Assembly: GCF_001194135.2 (NCBI RefSeq)
Contig: NC_068981.1
Coordinates: forward strand, 91,229,202 to 91,293,201
Reading direction: 5' to 3'
DNA from: Octopus bimaculoides
Taxonomy: Eukaryota
Length of the DNA: 64,000 bases
The notes beneath the pieces were generated by a model. The model did not search any database. It saw only the letters and a program-made list of their open reading frames with translations, and had not been told where the DNA came from. Position numbers and translations under genes: made by a program. Shown here one piece after another: positions 11,513-23,506 of this stretch; position 1 is the stretch's first letter, and the number at the start of each line of letters is the position of its first letter.

Positions 11513-12869
11513 AAGCCGTCGTTTCCTTGGGGTCTTATGCCAACAGGTTTAGATTTCGCTTTCTCGAACATATACATTTTGGCGAACAAGAAAATTTGAA
11601 GCTTCCTGAAAAAATTTCTTATATCATTTGATAAAACCACATTTAGCTGAGTTGCTACTTCAGTAAAATTTTAGAGAGCAGAATTTGCGCAGAAAAAAAA
11701 ATGTTCCTACTGAAGGAAGTGCTTCATAGGGGCAGAGAAGATATACAGTATAAGAATGATAATCACAAAGAGACTATTATTTTGTTCAAGGTGACAAAAC
11801 ACATAAATTGCACCCCCCGACACTCACCAGTGCAAGCGAAAAAGGAAATAAATGAATAAATACCATTTCAATATTGAGGCAAACCGAATCTAAACCATCA
11901 TGTTCAGTAAGCAGTATACTACTGAGAATATATGATAACTTTTACATATTACACAAGTATCACTACACGTGCAATTAAGAATACCACACTTGCCTTCCTG
12001 TCTAGTATACCAATATACTGACAAAACTATCTCCTTATGTTTTCTGATCGCATTGTTTTACCTGCATCGGTCACATTCTGTCACATCAGACTTTTGCTGA
12101 TGAGTCTTTGTCGCAACCACACTCTATCAATTCCAGAGTATTTCAGGATTTGGTTTCCTGTCCCTATTATGTTCTCTTCTACATCAGAGGTCTATATACT
12201 GTCAACTTCAACAATGTTCATTCACAGGCAGGTTATACCACACTTCACACATCCTTAGCTCCAGTATTTTATTCTTCAACCGCATGTAATCTAATTTCTT
12301 CTGATCGAATTTCTTCTGATCGAATCTGCATTTCTTCTGTGATTAGAAACCCCAAAGTCTTCATACTATTGGGGTTATGCCAATCTGATTTCTTTCAGCA
12401 TTAAAAATGTGACACCCATACACGCATGTCAAGAAGACATTTTTCCAACTAATTCCCACCCCTGAATAGTATGCCATTAGAACTCTTGAGATAATTTCAA
12501 ATACTTTCGCTCACTATCACTGGGAGTCTGTGATGATGAACTCGCAAACTGTTCATAGCAAATGCTGCATTTCAGTGACTGTCTTCTCTGACCCCCAGCA
12601 AAAAACATAGAATGAAGCAATGCTCCCCGATATAGAAGAACCAGTCCTTTCACTTGCTTGGTATGAATTCACTTACAAACGCTCATCTACAGACGTATTT
12701 TCTTGCTTTTATCGCTGCTATTTCTACTGCAGTGGAATTTGATTTTCAGAGTTTATTTGTAATAAGGATATTTGTAGAGAGGGCCACTGCTCATTCCTTC
12801 GCAGAGCACCCGTATCGGTGATACTGAAACCATTAAGACTTCAGCTGTTATTATTTCGGTTAATACCTA

Positions 12870-13900
12870 TACAAATAACGTTAAAACAAATAGTTAGATA
12901 TGGTCGAATTACTAAGGAGAAAGGTGTGCAATAGGGAATTAGTACGGGTGTCTATGTATTTGGTCATAGCTTGCATAATGAGATTGGAAGAGCAGAATGA
13001 GTGGTGAGTGCTTGGATGTAGTTGGCACGAAACGTGCAGTTTTTGAGATTCTGAGGCCATTCTAGTAACGGTTGAAAAGGTAGAGACAGGAGACGATACA
13101 GCTATATGCCAACAGGTGTAGGATATCTGTAAATGATTTTTATGTCAATTATTCGAGTAATCTTTCTATGGAAGTGATCTAGAATAATTATGCGTGAAGT
13201 AGCAGAACTGTCCCAATTGAAGCAATAATCCATTATGTGTGTGTTTCACTCATGCTTTGTAGAATGTTTGCAGCTGGTGGCGATTGAAGTTCATTTTAGT
13301 CTGGAAGAAAGAGAAGAGCCGGTGTTTGCAATGTGTTAGTAGCTATGCTAGGTTTTGTAATTTCGCCAATAGTTATCATCGGCGGTAGCTTGCCCTAACA
13401 TTGAGCTGGTTCAAGCTGAGGGTTACTCTTAGCTAAAGTTTGTTATGCGATGAAATTTGCTTAATGTGAATAATGCTTGAATTTTGTTTTTGTCGCTGGA
13501 AAATGCTTTTAATATCTCTAGCTATGGAGTTAGCACGTGCCATCTAGGTTTCATGAACATGATGTGTGTTTGGGGAAAATCACCAGAAAAACGATAGTGT
13601 TATATAATTCAGATTTAACCCTACTCAAACTTGATAGAGCGTGTTGAGAGAAATTCTTCAAGCACATACACCACAATAATGCAGTTTCATAGGAAGCTAC
13701 TGTTCTAAGCAATACGAAATAGACAGATCCCAATTGACAAGACATTTCGAAAGAGATTAGTGTGTCAGAATCAAAAGCTTTGATAATATCTAAAGTAAAA
13801 TTGCATTCATCGAATTTCCATAAGGAAAGAGCCGAGTGGTTAGTGATACAGGGGAGTAAGCCTCTAGTCGATTAGACACTATGGGAGTCATACTTGTAGT
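12870..13900 (-). mobile_element. Highly decayed Jockey/I-group LINE RT remnant
   Basis: Minus-strand pieces YSPVSLT, LDIIKAFD, QLQTFYKA*V, MDYCFNWDSS...ILDHFHRKITRIIDIKSFTDILHLLAYSCIVSCLYLFNRY*NGL match non-LTR RT and post-RT motifs (YRPISL, LDISKAFD, MEYCSHIW, LFYRYY.G). Confidence 0.6.
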
Positions 13901-14389
13901 CGTGAGCTCGAACAAACTCAATGTGTTTAAAAATAACATGCAAATATATTGGAAAATTAGGAGTGACTTGAACGGGCATGCGAGTCGTAAAAAGACCAAA
14001 CGGCTATATTATTTAGAATCACTTATCTAAATTAAGGTATAGCAATTATTGGCATTGAGCGCGCTCACACACACACTCACACACATGCGTGTGCAAACAC
14101 AAATCACAGACGTGCTGTAGCCTTGAGTTGACATTAATAGTCATCAAAACCAAGAAGGCGAACGATATAAAAGAAGGTAAAACCCAGGGCAGAAGAAGCC
14201 ATTAAATTCACCATTTCGTCCCATCTGTCCAACTTCAGAACAATGTGTGTAGATACACAAATACTCCTAGACGCGCGCACACACGTGCACTCCCCCACAC
14301 ATACCTATATATAGATACATATCAATACCCATAGACATGCACTTAGAAACCACATATACCAATATATATATAATAAAGTAAAGTTGTGG

Positions 14390-17046
14390 AATACCGTACG
14401 AGTGGAAATATATATGAAAGAAGGTTTGAAAATGCACTTATTTTAAAGATATTTATTTACTTAACCAGTTTCACTTTTTTAGAAAAAGATTATCAAAAGT
14501 CTTTGAGAATAATAAAAAATGTTAAAAAACAGTTTGAGTATTAAAATGCATATATACATTCTTTGATGATAATAAGAGGAATATATTTAAAGTATAAAGC
14601 TTTGTATGAACTTTGTAGTGTTACATACTGATTATCACACATTCTCTGATAATAAGATGAAAATGTTTAAAACAGTGTAAGTATGAAAATACATATATGG
14701 AAAAATACATATACATATTCTTTGATAATCGCGAAAAGTTGAGGAGGAACTGACCTGGCTTTTTTCTCTTGTGTGTATTGAGGGAATGTTTTGCTGTCTT
14801 AAGAGACAGTATGACTGGTTAGCTGGGGTGGGAGGAAGGAAGAATTAAAAGGGATTTTTTAATTTTATTTTTATTTTTATTTTTGGTTGGTCTGTGAGCT
14901 AGTCTGTCATAGTTCACTGGTTTTTGGGACTGATTTGGTGCACATCTCTATGTGTGTGTGTGTGTATATGTGTGTTTGTGCCGTTTTTATTGGTCCCAGA
15001 GTTTATTGTGGAATGTGTATATGAGTGTGTGTTTGTGTGTTTTTTGTGTCGGTGGGGATGTTAGGTGTGTGTACTTGAGAGTGTGCGTATATCTCTTTGT
15101 CTGAGTATGTATGTGTTGTTTTAATCGTCCTTGTGGTGTGTGTGTGTGTGAGAGCAACCGTATGTATGTGTGAGGGTGTGTACGTATGTGTGCGTATGTG
15201 TGTGTATGTATGTGTGCATCTGTGTGTTTGCGTGGGNNNNNNNNNNNNNNNNNNNNNNNNNNNNNNNNNNNNNNNNNNNNNNNNNNNNNNNNNNNNNNNN
15301 NNNNNNNNNNNNNNNNNNNNNNNNNNNNNNNNNNNNNNNNNNNNNNNNNNNNNNNNNNNNNNNNNNNNNNNNNNNNNNNNNNNNNNNNNNNNNNNNNNNN
15401 NNNNNNNNNNNNNNNNNNNNNNNNNNNNNNNNNNNNNNNNNNNNNNNNNNNNNNNNNNNNNNNNNNNNNNNNNNNNNNNNNNNNNNNNNNNNNNNNNNNN
15501 NNNNNNNNNNNNNNNNNNNNNNNNNNNNNNNNNNNNNNNNNNNNNNNNNNNNNNNNNNNNNNNNNNNNNNNNNNNNNNNNNNNNNNNNNNNNNNNNNNNN
15601 NNNNNNNNNNNNNNNNNNNNNNNNNNNNNNNNNNNNNNNNNNNNNNNNNNNNNNNNNNNNNNNNNNNNNNNNNNNNNNNNNNNNNNNNNNNNNNNNNNNN
15701 NNNNNNNNNNNNNNNNNNNNNNNNNNNNNNNNNNNNNNNNNNNNNNNNNNNNNNNNNNNNNNNNNNNNNNNNNNNNNNNNNNNNNNNNNNNNNNNNNNNN
15801 NNNNNNNNNNNNNNNNNNNNNNNNNNNNNNNNNNNNNNNNNNNNNNNNNNNNNNNNNNNNNNNNNNNNNNNNNNNNNNNNNNNNNNNNNNNNNNNNNNNN
15901 NNNNNNNNNNNNNNNNNNNNNNNNNNNNNNNNNNNNNNNNNNNNNNNNNNNNNNNNNNNNNNNNNNNNNNNNNNNNNNNNNNNNNNNNNNNNNNNNNNNN
16001 NNNNNNNNNNNNNNNNNNNNNNNNNNNNNNNNNNNNNNNNNNNNNNNNNNNNNNNNNNNNNNNNNNNNNNNNNNNNNNNNNNNNNNNNNNNNNNNNNNNN
16101 NNNNNNNNNNNNNNNNNNNNNNNNNNNNNNNNNNNNNNNNNNNNNNNNNNNNNNNNNNNNNNNNNNNNNNNNNNNNNNNNNNNNNNNNNNNNNNNNNNNN
16201 NNNNNNGTGTGTATATGTGTGTTTGTGCCGTTTTTATTGGTCCCAGAGTTTATTGTGGAATGTGTATATGAGTGTGTGTTTGTGTGAGTGCGTCTATGTG
16301 GCTTGTATTTGTCGGGGAGGTGTGTCATTGTGTGTGCATGCTTCTATGCATGTGTGCTTGTGAGTGTTTGTTGTGATTGTTGGGATTGTATTGCCTGTGT
16401 TTTTCTTTTGAGTGTGTGTGTGACATTTTTACTGGGGAACGGGCGTATGGTGTTTGTATGTGTGTGTACATATGTATGCAAATATGCGTGTGTGAATATG
16501 ATTTGTGGTTGCCGGAGTGGTGTGTAGGTGTGTGCATGTACCTGTTTACTTATGTGTGTATGGGTGTTGGTTGTGGTTGCTACAATCGTATTGTAAGTGT
16601 ATATATGCATGTGTTCTTTCTTGAAATGAATGTGGGTTTGTGCTCTAGTGTGGAGATATTGTGATTGTGTGTGTGTGTATATATGTGTGTAAGTGTGTTC
16701 GTGTCGGAGGTTTGCATTGTATTGGTGTGTGTGTGATTTTGCGTATCTGTGTGTCTTTGTTTGGGGTGTGCACCTGGGGAGGGGGCTTATGTTAGAGTAC
16801 GTTGAGCTGTGGTCTGTATTTTTGAATAAGATTATTTTCCCTATTTATTCGTGTTTGTTCAGTGGTGTTGTCTGAGCATTGGTATAATGGGAAAACTAGG
16901 AATTTGGGGGACTTGTTTTGTGCACAGAGATCTAAGTGCCCACTGAGTGGTATCTGTCTTGTGGTGGGATCCCTCAATTGTTGGCGGTGGACTGTCATCT
17001 TTCTCTGAGAGTTAGGCTCGTTTGCCCTATGTATTCTTTGTGACAC
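14390..17046 (-). mobile_element. 3' part of a Penelope-like element: GIY-YIG end, AC-rich spacer and terminal repeat; spans a 970-N gap
   Basis: GIY-YIG at 16792-17046; 16560-16725 and 14400-14720 both match parts of 21005-21480. Confidence 0.65.
16792..17046 (-). pseudogene. Penelope-type GIY-YIG endonuclease C-terminus (frameshifted)
   Basis: GCHKEYIGQTSLTLRER, a frameshift, then MTVHRQQLRDPTTRQIPLSGHLDLC...FPLYQC...RINRENNLIQKYRPQLN (YIG, R..H, E and P.LN motifs). Confidence 0.85.
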
Positions 17047-17099
17047 CCTTCACCCCTTATGGCATAAAATAAATATATATATATATATATATGTGTGTG

Positions 17100-17726
17100 T
17101 ATAAACGAATGGGAGACAAACTGAAGGTCCGTAATTCTTCATCAGTTATCGACCAAGTGTTAATCTTCAGTTTCGCACCTATAACGATAAGGCTGAGCGC
17201 TTTCTAATTGGCGGAAGTTTTCTTGCGGAGAAATAGGGACAAGAGCAAACAAAGCATAAACAAAACAAGAAAAACTACACAGAGTGTGATTTAGGAGGGT
17301 AGACGACGACGAACAGTCGAATAAAATACGGACTTGGGGCTAAGGAGACAAGAATAGTAGGTAGCGCTTAGAAAATGTCTTGTAGTATGGTGAAAGGAGA
17401 GACAGAGAAATAGCGACTGTTCAGCTACACGATCAGTGTAAGAAAGGAAGAAAAAGGGGAACTGGCCGCTGGTCGCATGACAGCAACAGACAGAGGAGAA
17501 AGACAGGAAGAAGAGGGAGCAACAAAGAAAAAAAGGGTATGGGATGAAGGGGAAGGAGAAAGGCTAGGGAAACAAGAGGGAAACAGAGAGTCACACGGGT
17601 ATATAAAAAATTACTTGTTAATGCAAATTATTGTGTGTTGCGCTCCATTACTTGTCTGAATATTGCCAATTGGTCGATAACTGATGAGGAATTATGAACC
17701 TTCTGTTTGTCTTCCGTTTGTTTCTA
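17100..17726. mobile_element. Possible MITE-like unit with about 56-bp imperfect terminal inverted repeats
   Basis: 17101-17156 is the reverse complement of 17670-17725 at roughly 47/56; TA at both outer ends. Confidence 0.4.
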
Positions 17727-20407
17727 CATTCAGTATACGTTACCTCGCTTATTTATACATTTTTTCATTTATCAAGTAATGGAACGCAACACACATCGAA
17801 CTTTTATATATATATATATATATATGCACATATACATACCTACATATATACACAGTCATAAATATACACTTACCCAAAATATATGTTATATGAAATAAAA
17901 GATGCACACAAGGAGAACGTAGATTAAATGCAGGGGGGGGGGGGTAGGAAGTCATATTAGATATTCCCACAGTTAAAAAGATCGAACGAATTTGACTAGT
18001 TATTGAATATAGAGGTTACAAAGAAATATGCGGATACATATCCAGGAGAGCAATGGCACAATGTGATATTTCACTTTAAATGATATTTAAATAAAACGAG
18101 CATACTGAACTACGTTACAAAGTGTGGTTAAACAGAAACTAAGAATTTAACAATAAGTTGTAAGTATTTGAAGCCTTTTGGATAACAGGTTTAATTTATA
18201 AATATGTGCTCCTGAGTTCACTACATATGTTAGGGCTGGATATTACTTGAATATTTACGTACTTCCCATATCTAATCGCAGCACCGTTTATACCCGTACC
18301 TATCATTTGAATAGGGTAATGCATATTTTATTATTATTTTAGGTAACCTGGAATGGGATTTTTTTTAGCCTTTGAATTACGAGTTTTTTTCTGCAAGTGA
18401 TGTAATCTTAGCCTTACTACATTTATGAAAAGTTTAAGAATTAGGTAGAATTTGAACTGTTGTAGGTAAATTTGGTTAGATTAGTCGTTACATCATATCT
18501 ATAGGTATTAGTTTTAGTAAAGCAAAAATTATTGATAGGACATAGAAGTTTGTATCTACAATAACATAATTTAGTAGTCATATTGACATTAGTATTCTCA
18601 GTGTTATTCGTAGAGAGTGGTAAATATTTTAAAACCCTATAGTATTCCTCGTATTATCTAGGGATATGAAATAGCACTACCGTTACAATAGCGATAGTTA
18701 ATAGCGTTACCTAGATTATTAATAGCTACATGATCATCATTTATATTTAAAAGTTCGTAGGTGTTATCAAGATTGATTCTACCATTATTAGCGTTAAAGT
18801 TGATGATATCATCCATAGCTGTAGTAGCCTCTATGGAGTCATATGCCAAATAAATAGAGATGACTGTAGTAGCCAAGCAGTCAAAAATAGCAGCTATGAT
18901 ACTGTCCGTCACCTCTACATACATTACCTCTATATGTGTAACAGTACTGGCCGTCCAAGTTACAGCAATAGTGTTAGCAGTGGCTATAACAACAGGAACA
19001 TTGCCATATTCAAACGATAGGTATGAGTGTAGTTACAGGAAATACTTAAATGTTCGGGTAATATCCTTAATATACGTAGTGAACTTAGGATCAAATTTTC
19101 ACACTACATTAGGAACACATTTTCATAATTCAAACTTCTTATATTAGTTTCAAATATTTACAACTTATTTTGAACCCTTTACTTTCCGTTTAACCATATT
19201 TTGTAACGTAGTTCAGCATACTCGTTTCATTTATACCACTTGCTGTCATTGACAACATTAAGAATTCATGAGAAAAATATGCACTCGTGTATACCTACTA
19301 CATATGTATGTGTGCATGCGTGTGTGTTAGTGTGTATGTGCGTGTGTAAGTGTATGTATACGTGTGTGAGTGAGTGTGTGTGTGTGTTTGTGAAAGCTGA
19401 TTTCTGGACAAATGACTTTATATTCCAATTTAAAGAATCCAGGGACAAATTTTCTATGCTAAGTAAATATCTTAAAAAAAACCAAACTTTCTATACTATT
19501 TCTCAAATTTGTGTTACTTCTGGAGACTGGGTTTATGAAGAACATGATGTATTTATTGTTTCTGACAACATCTATGGTTTCTGGATGCACTTTAGCTAGT
19601 TTTTGTCACGAATGGCAATAAATTCAATGTACATTATAACTTTTTTTGTCTTTATTCCCATAATGAACTCTAAATAAACTGTGTAAAAAACATGTTTGTT
19701 TTTCTAATCAATCAATTTGCGATACTGAATTTATGGCAGAATATTCTTTTCAACAATATTTTCCTGAAGAAAAATTTTGTTTGAAACCAAAATATTATTT
19801 TTAATCGACCTCGTCGTGATTTGTAAAAGAAACGTTTAATTTAAATGAAAGGAGAAAGTATATTTTTGGAAGGTTGAAAAGCAAAACTGATCCGAATGTG
19901 TGTTCTGTAAATGGAGGAGTCTTCTCTTTTTGCACACTCAACACTTCTAGCATAAGGAAATATTCATTGATTACTAAACTGTCACAGACATGTGAAGATG
20001 CATGAATGTAAGCGAGCGAGTTGAATATTAGGAGTTATTCAATTGAAAGCTCACGAATGAAAGATATGCCTAACAGGATGAGATTTTAATGTGTCTTGAA
20101 CTAACATTTGTGGAGAGATAGACGTTTAGATAGCTTCGCAACATCAATGGTCATTCAACATCCCCAGACAGTTTCATGTAAGGAAAACCTTATCATATGA
20201 TGTTGCATTTGTGACATCATATTCCTATACATTTTTGTTTCTTAACTGATACTCAATTACAGCTTGATGAATCGAAAAAGCTTTCCTCACTACCATTAAT
20301 CTCACCTGGTATGAAAATTCAATTAGATTTATGCTTTTTTCTATTTCAATCTCTCAACCTCTTTCAGTCTCTCTTTCTCTCAGTATCATCACCTATATAT
20401 ATATATA

Positions 20408-20999
20408 GTGTATTTGCCACTTAAATGTGGCTAACCGCTAAGGGTGGATGCTACTGTAGCTTGTAGCCCCAGGAGGGCACCTCCTCCAACTGGCTATTGA
20501 CACACTTTCTGTGCCCTATCAGTATTTGCAACGGGAAGCCATCCTTCCCATCTTCGACCTGACGTGACAAATATAAAAGTGGCAAATATAATTCACGTTG
20601 TCGTGCAGCTACTGTTTATATCTCGTTCAGAGATTTATTATTGCTTGTTTACACTTTCGAGATCAGTGACTTTTCGTCACTAGAAAAAGGATATATGTAT
20701 TTGCATTGGGACCCCTTCGCATCGAAGACCGTTAATTGTCGTGCGCCGATGACGGTAACTACCTAGAAACCCGGGTTCGTGCGTATCACGTCAGGTCGAA
20801 GATGGGAAGTATGGCTTCCCTTAGCAAATACTATTACGGCACAGAAAGTGTGTCAATAGCCAGCTGGAGAAGGTGTCCTCCTGGGGCTACAAGCTACAGT
20901 AGCATCCACCCTTAGCGGTTAGCCACATTTAAGTGGCAAATATACTTCACGTTGTCGTGCAACTACTGTTTATACCTCGTTCAGAGATTTATTATTGCT
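20408..20999 (+). mobile_element. Small hammerhead-bearing repeat: 354-nt period with 69-bp direct terminal repeats and a 160-bp inverted 5' copy
   Basis: Direct repeats 20577-20645 and 20931-20999 (3 mismatches); inverted repeats 20408-20567 and 20786-20945 (about 10 mismatches). Confidence 0.8.
20740..20783 (+). ncRNA. Variant minimal type I hammerhead motif (CCGATGA core, GUU site)
   Basis: Stem I CGTGCG/CGTGCG (6 bp, 2 G-U); CCGATGA 20746-20752; imperfect stem II ggt-aact-acc; GAAA 20766-20769; perfect palindrome ACCCGGGT as stem III. Confidence 0.5.
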
Positions 21000-21004
21000 A
21001 ATAT

Positions 21005-21480
21005 ATATATATGAAAGAAGGTTTGAAAATGCAATTTTAAAGATGTTTATTCACTTGACCGGTTTCACATTTTTAGAAAAAGATTGTCAAAAGTAAAATG
21101 TAAAGTTTTGTATAAGCTTTGTTGTGTTAAGTACTGGTTGTCACAAAAGTATCAAAATGCATATATACATTCCTTGATAATAATAAGAAAATGTTAAGAA
21201 CCGATTAAGTATTAAAATACATATATAAAAATACAATGCAAACCTCCGACGCAAACACACACACATACATATAAACACACACACATACATATAAACACAC
21301 ACACATACGTATAAACGCACACAATCATAATATCTCCACACTAGAGCACAAACCCACACACATTTGAAGAAAAAACATACATATATACACTTACAATGCG
21401 ATTCTAGCAACCATAACCAACACTCACACACACACATGCACACATACGTAAACACGTACATGCACAGACTTATACACCAC
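21005..21480. mobile_element. Penelope-like terminal fragments of the 14390-17046 family, joined in inverted orientation near 21230
   Basis: 21005-21230 aligns directly with 14410-14720; 21230-21430 aligns with the reverse complement of 16560-16725. Confidence 0.7.
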
Positions 21481-21639
21481 CCCGACAGTTACAAATCACA
21501 TTCAGTTCTCGTGGTGTGTTAAGGAAGATATTGTTCTCTTCTTTCCTTAACAACCCCTTTACATTTTTTTAAGTCGTCAGTAGTTAAATGAATTAACTGC
21601 CTGGTTTGTTTCGCTGCCGAGACAAAACCGTTTCTGCTT

Positions 21640-21995
21640 GCTTTGTGGTTGTTGTTATTGTTTGACTTTTCTTTTTCGTTTGTGCTGTCTGTGTTCATGT
21701 CGGTGTTGGCGGTATTTTCCTGACTTTTTTCTTCTTTTTTCCATGTTAATGGTGGTTCTGGTGCTATTAGTAGTGATGGTACTCTTATTTGTGCTGTTCA
21801 GAGGCGGGGAAATCTTCGCTGTACTGGCCGTCAGAACAGCCACTGCCGCTCCGCTCGACAGAGGAAGTCATCTTGTTTTTCGGCGAACGAAAAGAACAAA
21901 ATGTCCAAAATTCGCCCCTACAATGGGGAGGTTTTGACAAAAGAACCCCTTCTGCACACCAAAAGGGGTCCAGAAAACAAAAACAGTCAAACAAA
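21640..21995 (-). mobile_element. Possible 5' UTR/ORF1 start of a LINE (Tx1/L1-like)
   Basis: CpG-richer segment; MTSSVERSGSGCSDGQYSEDF/PPLNSTNKST low-complexity N-terminus after a frameshift. No diagnostic domain. Confidence 0.3.
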
Positions 21996-22578
21996 ACAAT
22001 AAAAATGTTTCAAAAAGCCACAGCAAAAATCCCAATTTACGGAGCGCTCAAAACGCGTCTTTCCTCGCTTCCAACAACAACAACAATAATAATAATGTAT
22101 TCTATATATGTATGTGTGATATGTATTGGTACAAATATTGCTATGATACAAATTTCTTGCGTGATTTATTCACTTACAAGAATTATAAATTATATATTTT
22201 ACCTTGCTCTAGGTTAGTTATATGGAAGCAATATGATTGCTTGACTCCACTAAAATACATTACTCTGAATATTAGAAACCTAACACAACGTTGAAAACTA
22301 AATTAAATTTGACATGTTATTTACATCAACATGATAACCGTGAAAAGAAACTAGTGAAATATATTCTCTTGATATCGAATGCTCAGAGAAAGTTCAAAAT
22401 AATAGATAAAAAATTAATTGAATATCATACACAGACACACATTACAAACAGGCACACACATGTGATAATGAGAGAAGGGTGTTGGATGAATAGAAAAAGG
22501 TGGGCTCAAGGAATTACTTTAAATATACCAATATTGTATGCGAGGCAGTTCTAAGTACATGCGTTTTGTAAATATGAT

Positions 22579-22793
22579 TTTAAACTTTGGTGAAAGGGCA
22601 ACAATTTTGAGGTGTAGGGATAAGTCAATTACATCAAGCCCCAGTGTTCAACTGGCCTGGCACTTATTCTACCGACCTCCAAAAGATGAAATGTCAAGTT
22701 GAACTTAAAACGTAAATCCAGAAGAAATGCTGCTAAGCATTTAGTCCGATGTACTAACGGTCCTAACGGTTCTGACAGCTCGCTCACTGCCTT
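22579..22793 (-). mobile_element. SINE family B
   Basis: Collinear with the other B copies, with small indels. Confidence 0.8.
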
Positions 22794-23417
22794 ATATAAG
22801 TGCTGTAATCATGATACTTGTTAAAGTAGCTACAATAAATGTGAATAAAAGCAAGGTAACATGCTGCGAACAAGTTTGGTGTATGTCTCAAAACCCGATG
22901 AATCTAGTCATAACATTAGCTACTTTAATGAGGAAAGACTTTGATTTTCCATTCTCATATTTCTGTGAACCGTTTGGTGAGTTTGGAGTAACGCCTTTCT
23001 CTGCTGTTTCTGAACAATACCAAATTAGTAAATGCCATGGAATGTTTCATTTTAGAATTTTATATTTTATTTGATAGTTCATATTCGTCTCCTTCAGCCA
23101 CCTAATATAATTCAGACAGCGTAGTTTTCTCTTAATTCTTTGCTTGTAGTAAGCAGTGAAATCTCCTTCTCACCCTTTAAACGTACTTGCTATACGTTAA
23201 ATACAATGTTTAAGGTTGACTGATCTGTTTGATTTAGTAGCTATAACTTTATATTCATATGCAGCAATGTTACAAGACTGCATAATTCACTGATTTGGAA
23301 CGTGCTTTCTGTTTCGATGGTTTTGATATTTTGTGTGTTACGATATTATTCGCACGGGAAGAGGCTTCTAAAAATTTTCCTGTAACATACATTCGTAAAT
23401 GATGCATTGATGTTTAG

Positions 23418-23506
23418 AAACATGGCTGGATGCAAACATGTAGTTTTAATATGTCAGTTAATTATTGCATTTTGCACAATATGGTGTTCATGTGTCGAAG
23501 TTAAGG
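23418..23506 (+). CDS. Candidate first coding exon encoding a signal peptide (MAGCKHVVLICQLIIAFCTIWCSCVEVK)
   Basis: TTTAG acceptor, AAACATGG Kozak-like start (ATG 23422), hydrophobic core, phase-1 donor G/GTAACA at 23507. No repeat recognised around it and no homology recognised. Confidence 0.3.

Noticed and set aside
12040-12770. Faint RTE-like peptide echoes here and at 24180-24560
   Set aside because: Too decayed to align a diagnostic motif with confidence.
14960-16286. 80-bp identical direct repeat (14960-15039 and 16207-16286)
   Set aside because: The second copy starts exactly at the edge of a 970-N gap; most likely a scaffolding artefact.
15003-16363. Long ORFs of 270-440 aa here and at 47596-48487 and 49818-50292
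   Set aside because: They are open only because they run through N gaps.
18640-19150. Several overlapping open frames on both strands
   Set aside because: Cryptic AGT/AGC/GAT/AAT triplet periodicity explains the lack of stops; no recognisable domain.
19755-19797. CTGAAGA...GAAAC with pairing flanks
   Set aside because: No GUH or stem III 3' strand, and the helices are A/T runs expected by chance. Similar partial hits at about 25453, 27808 and 57030 were rejected for the same reasons.
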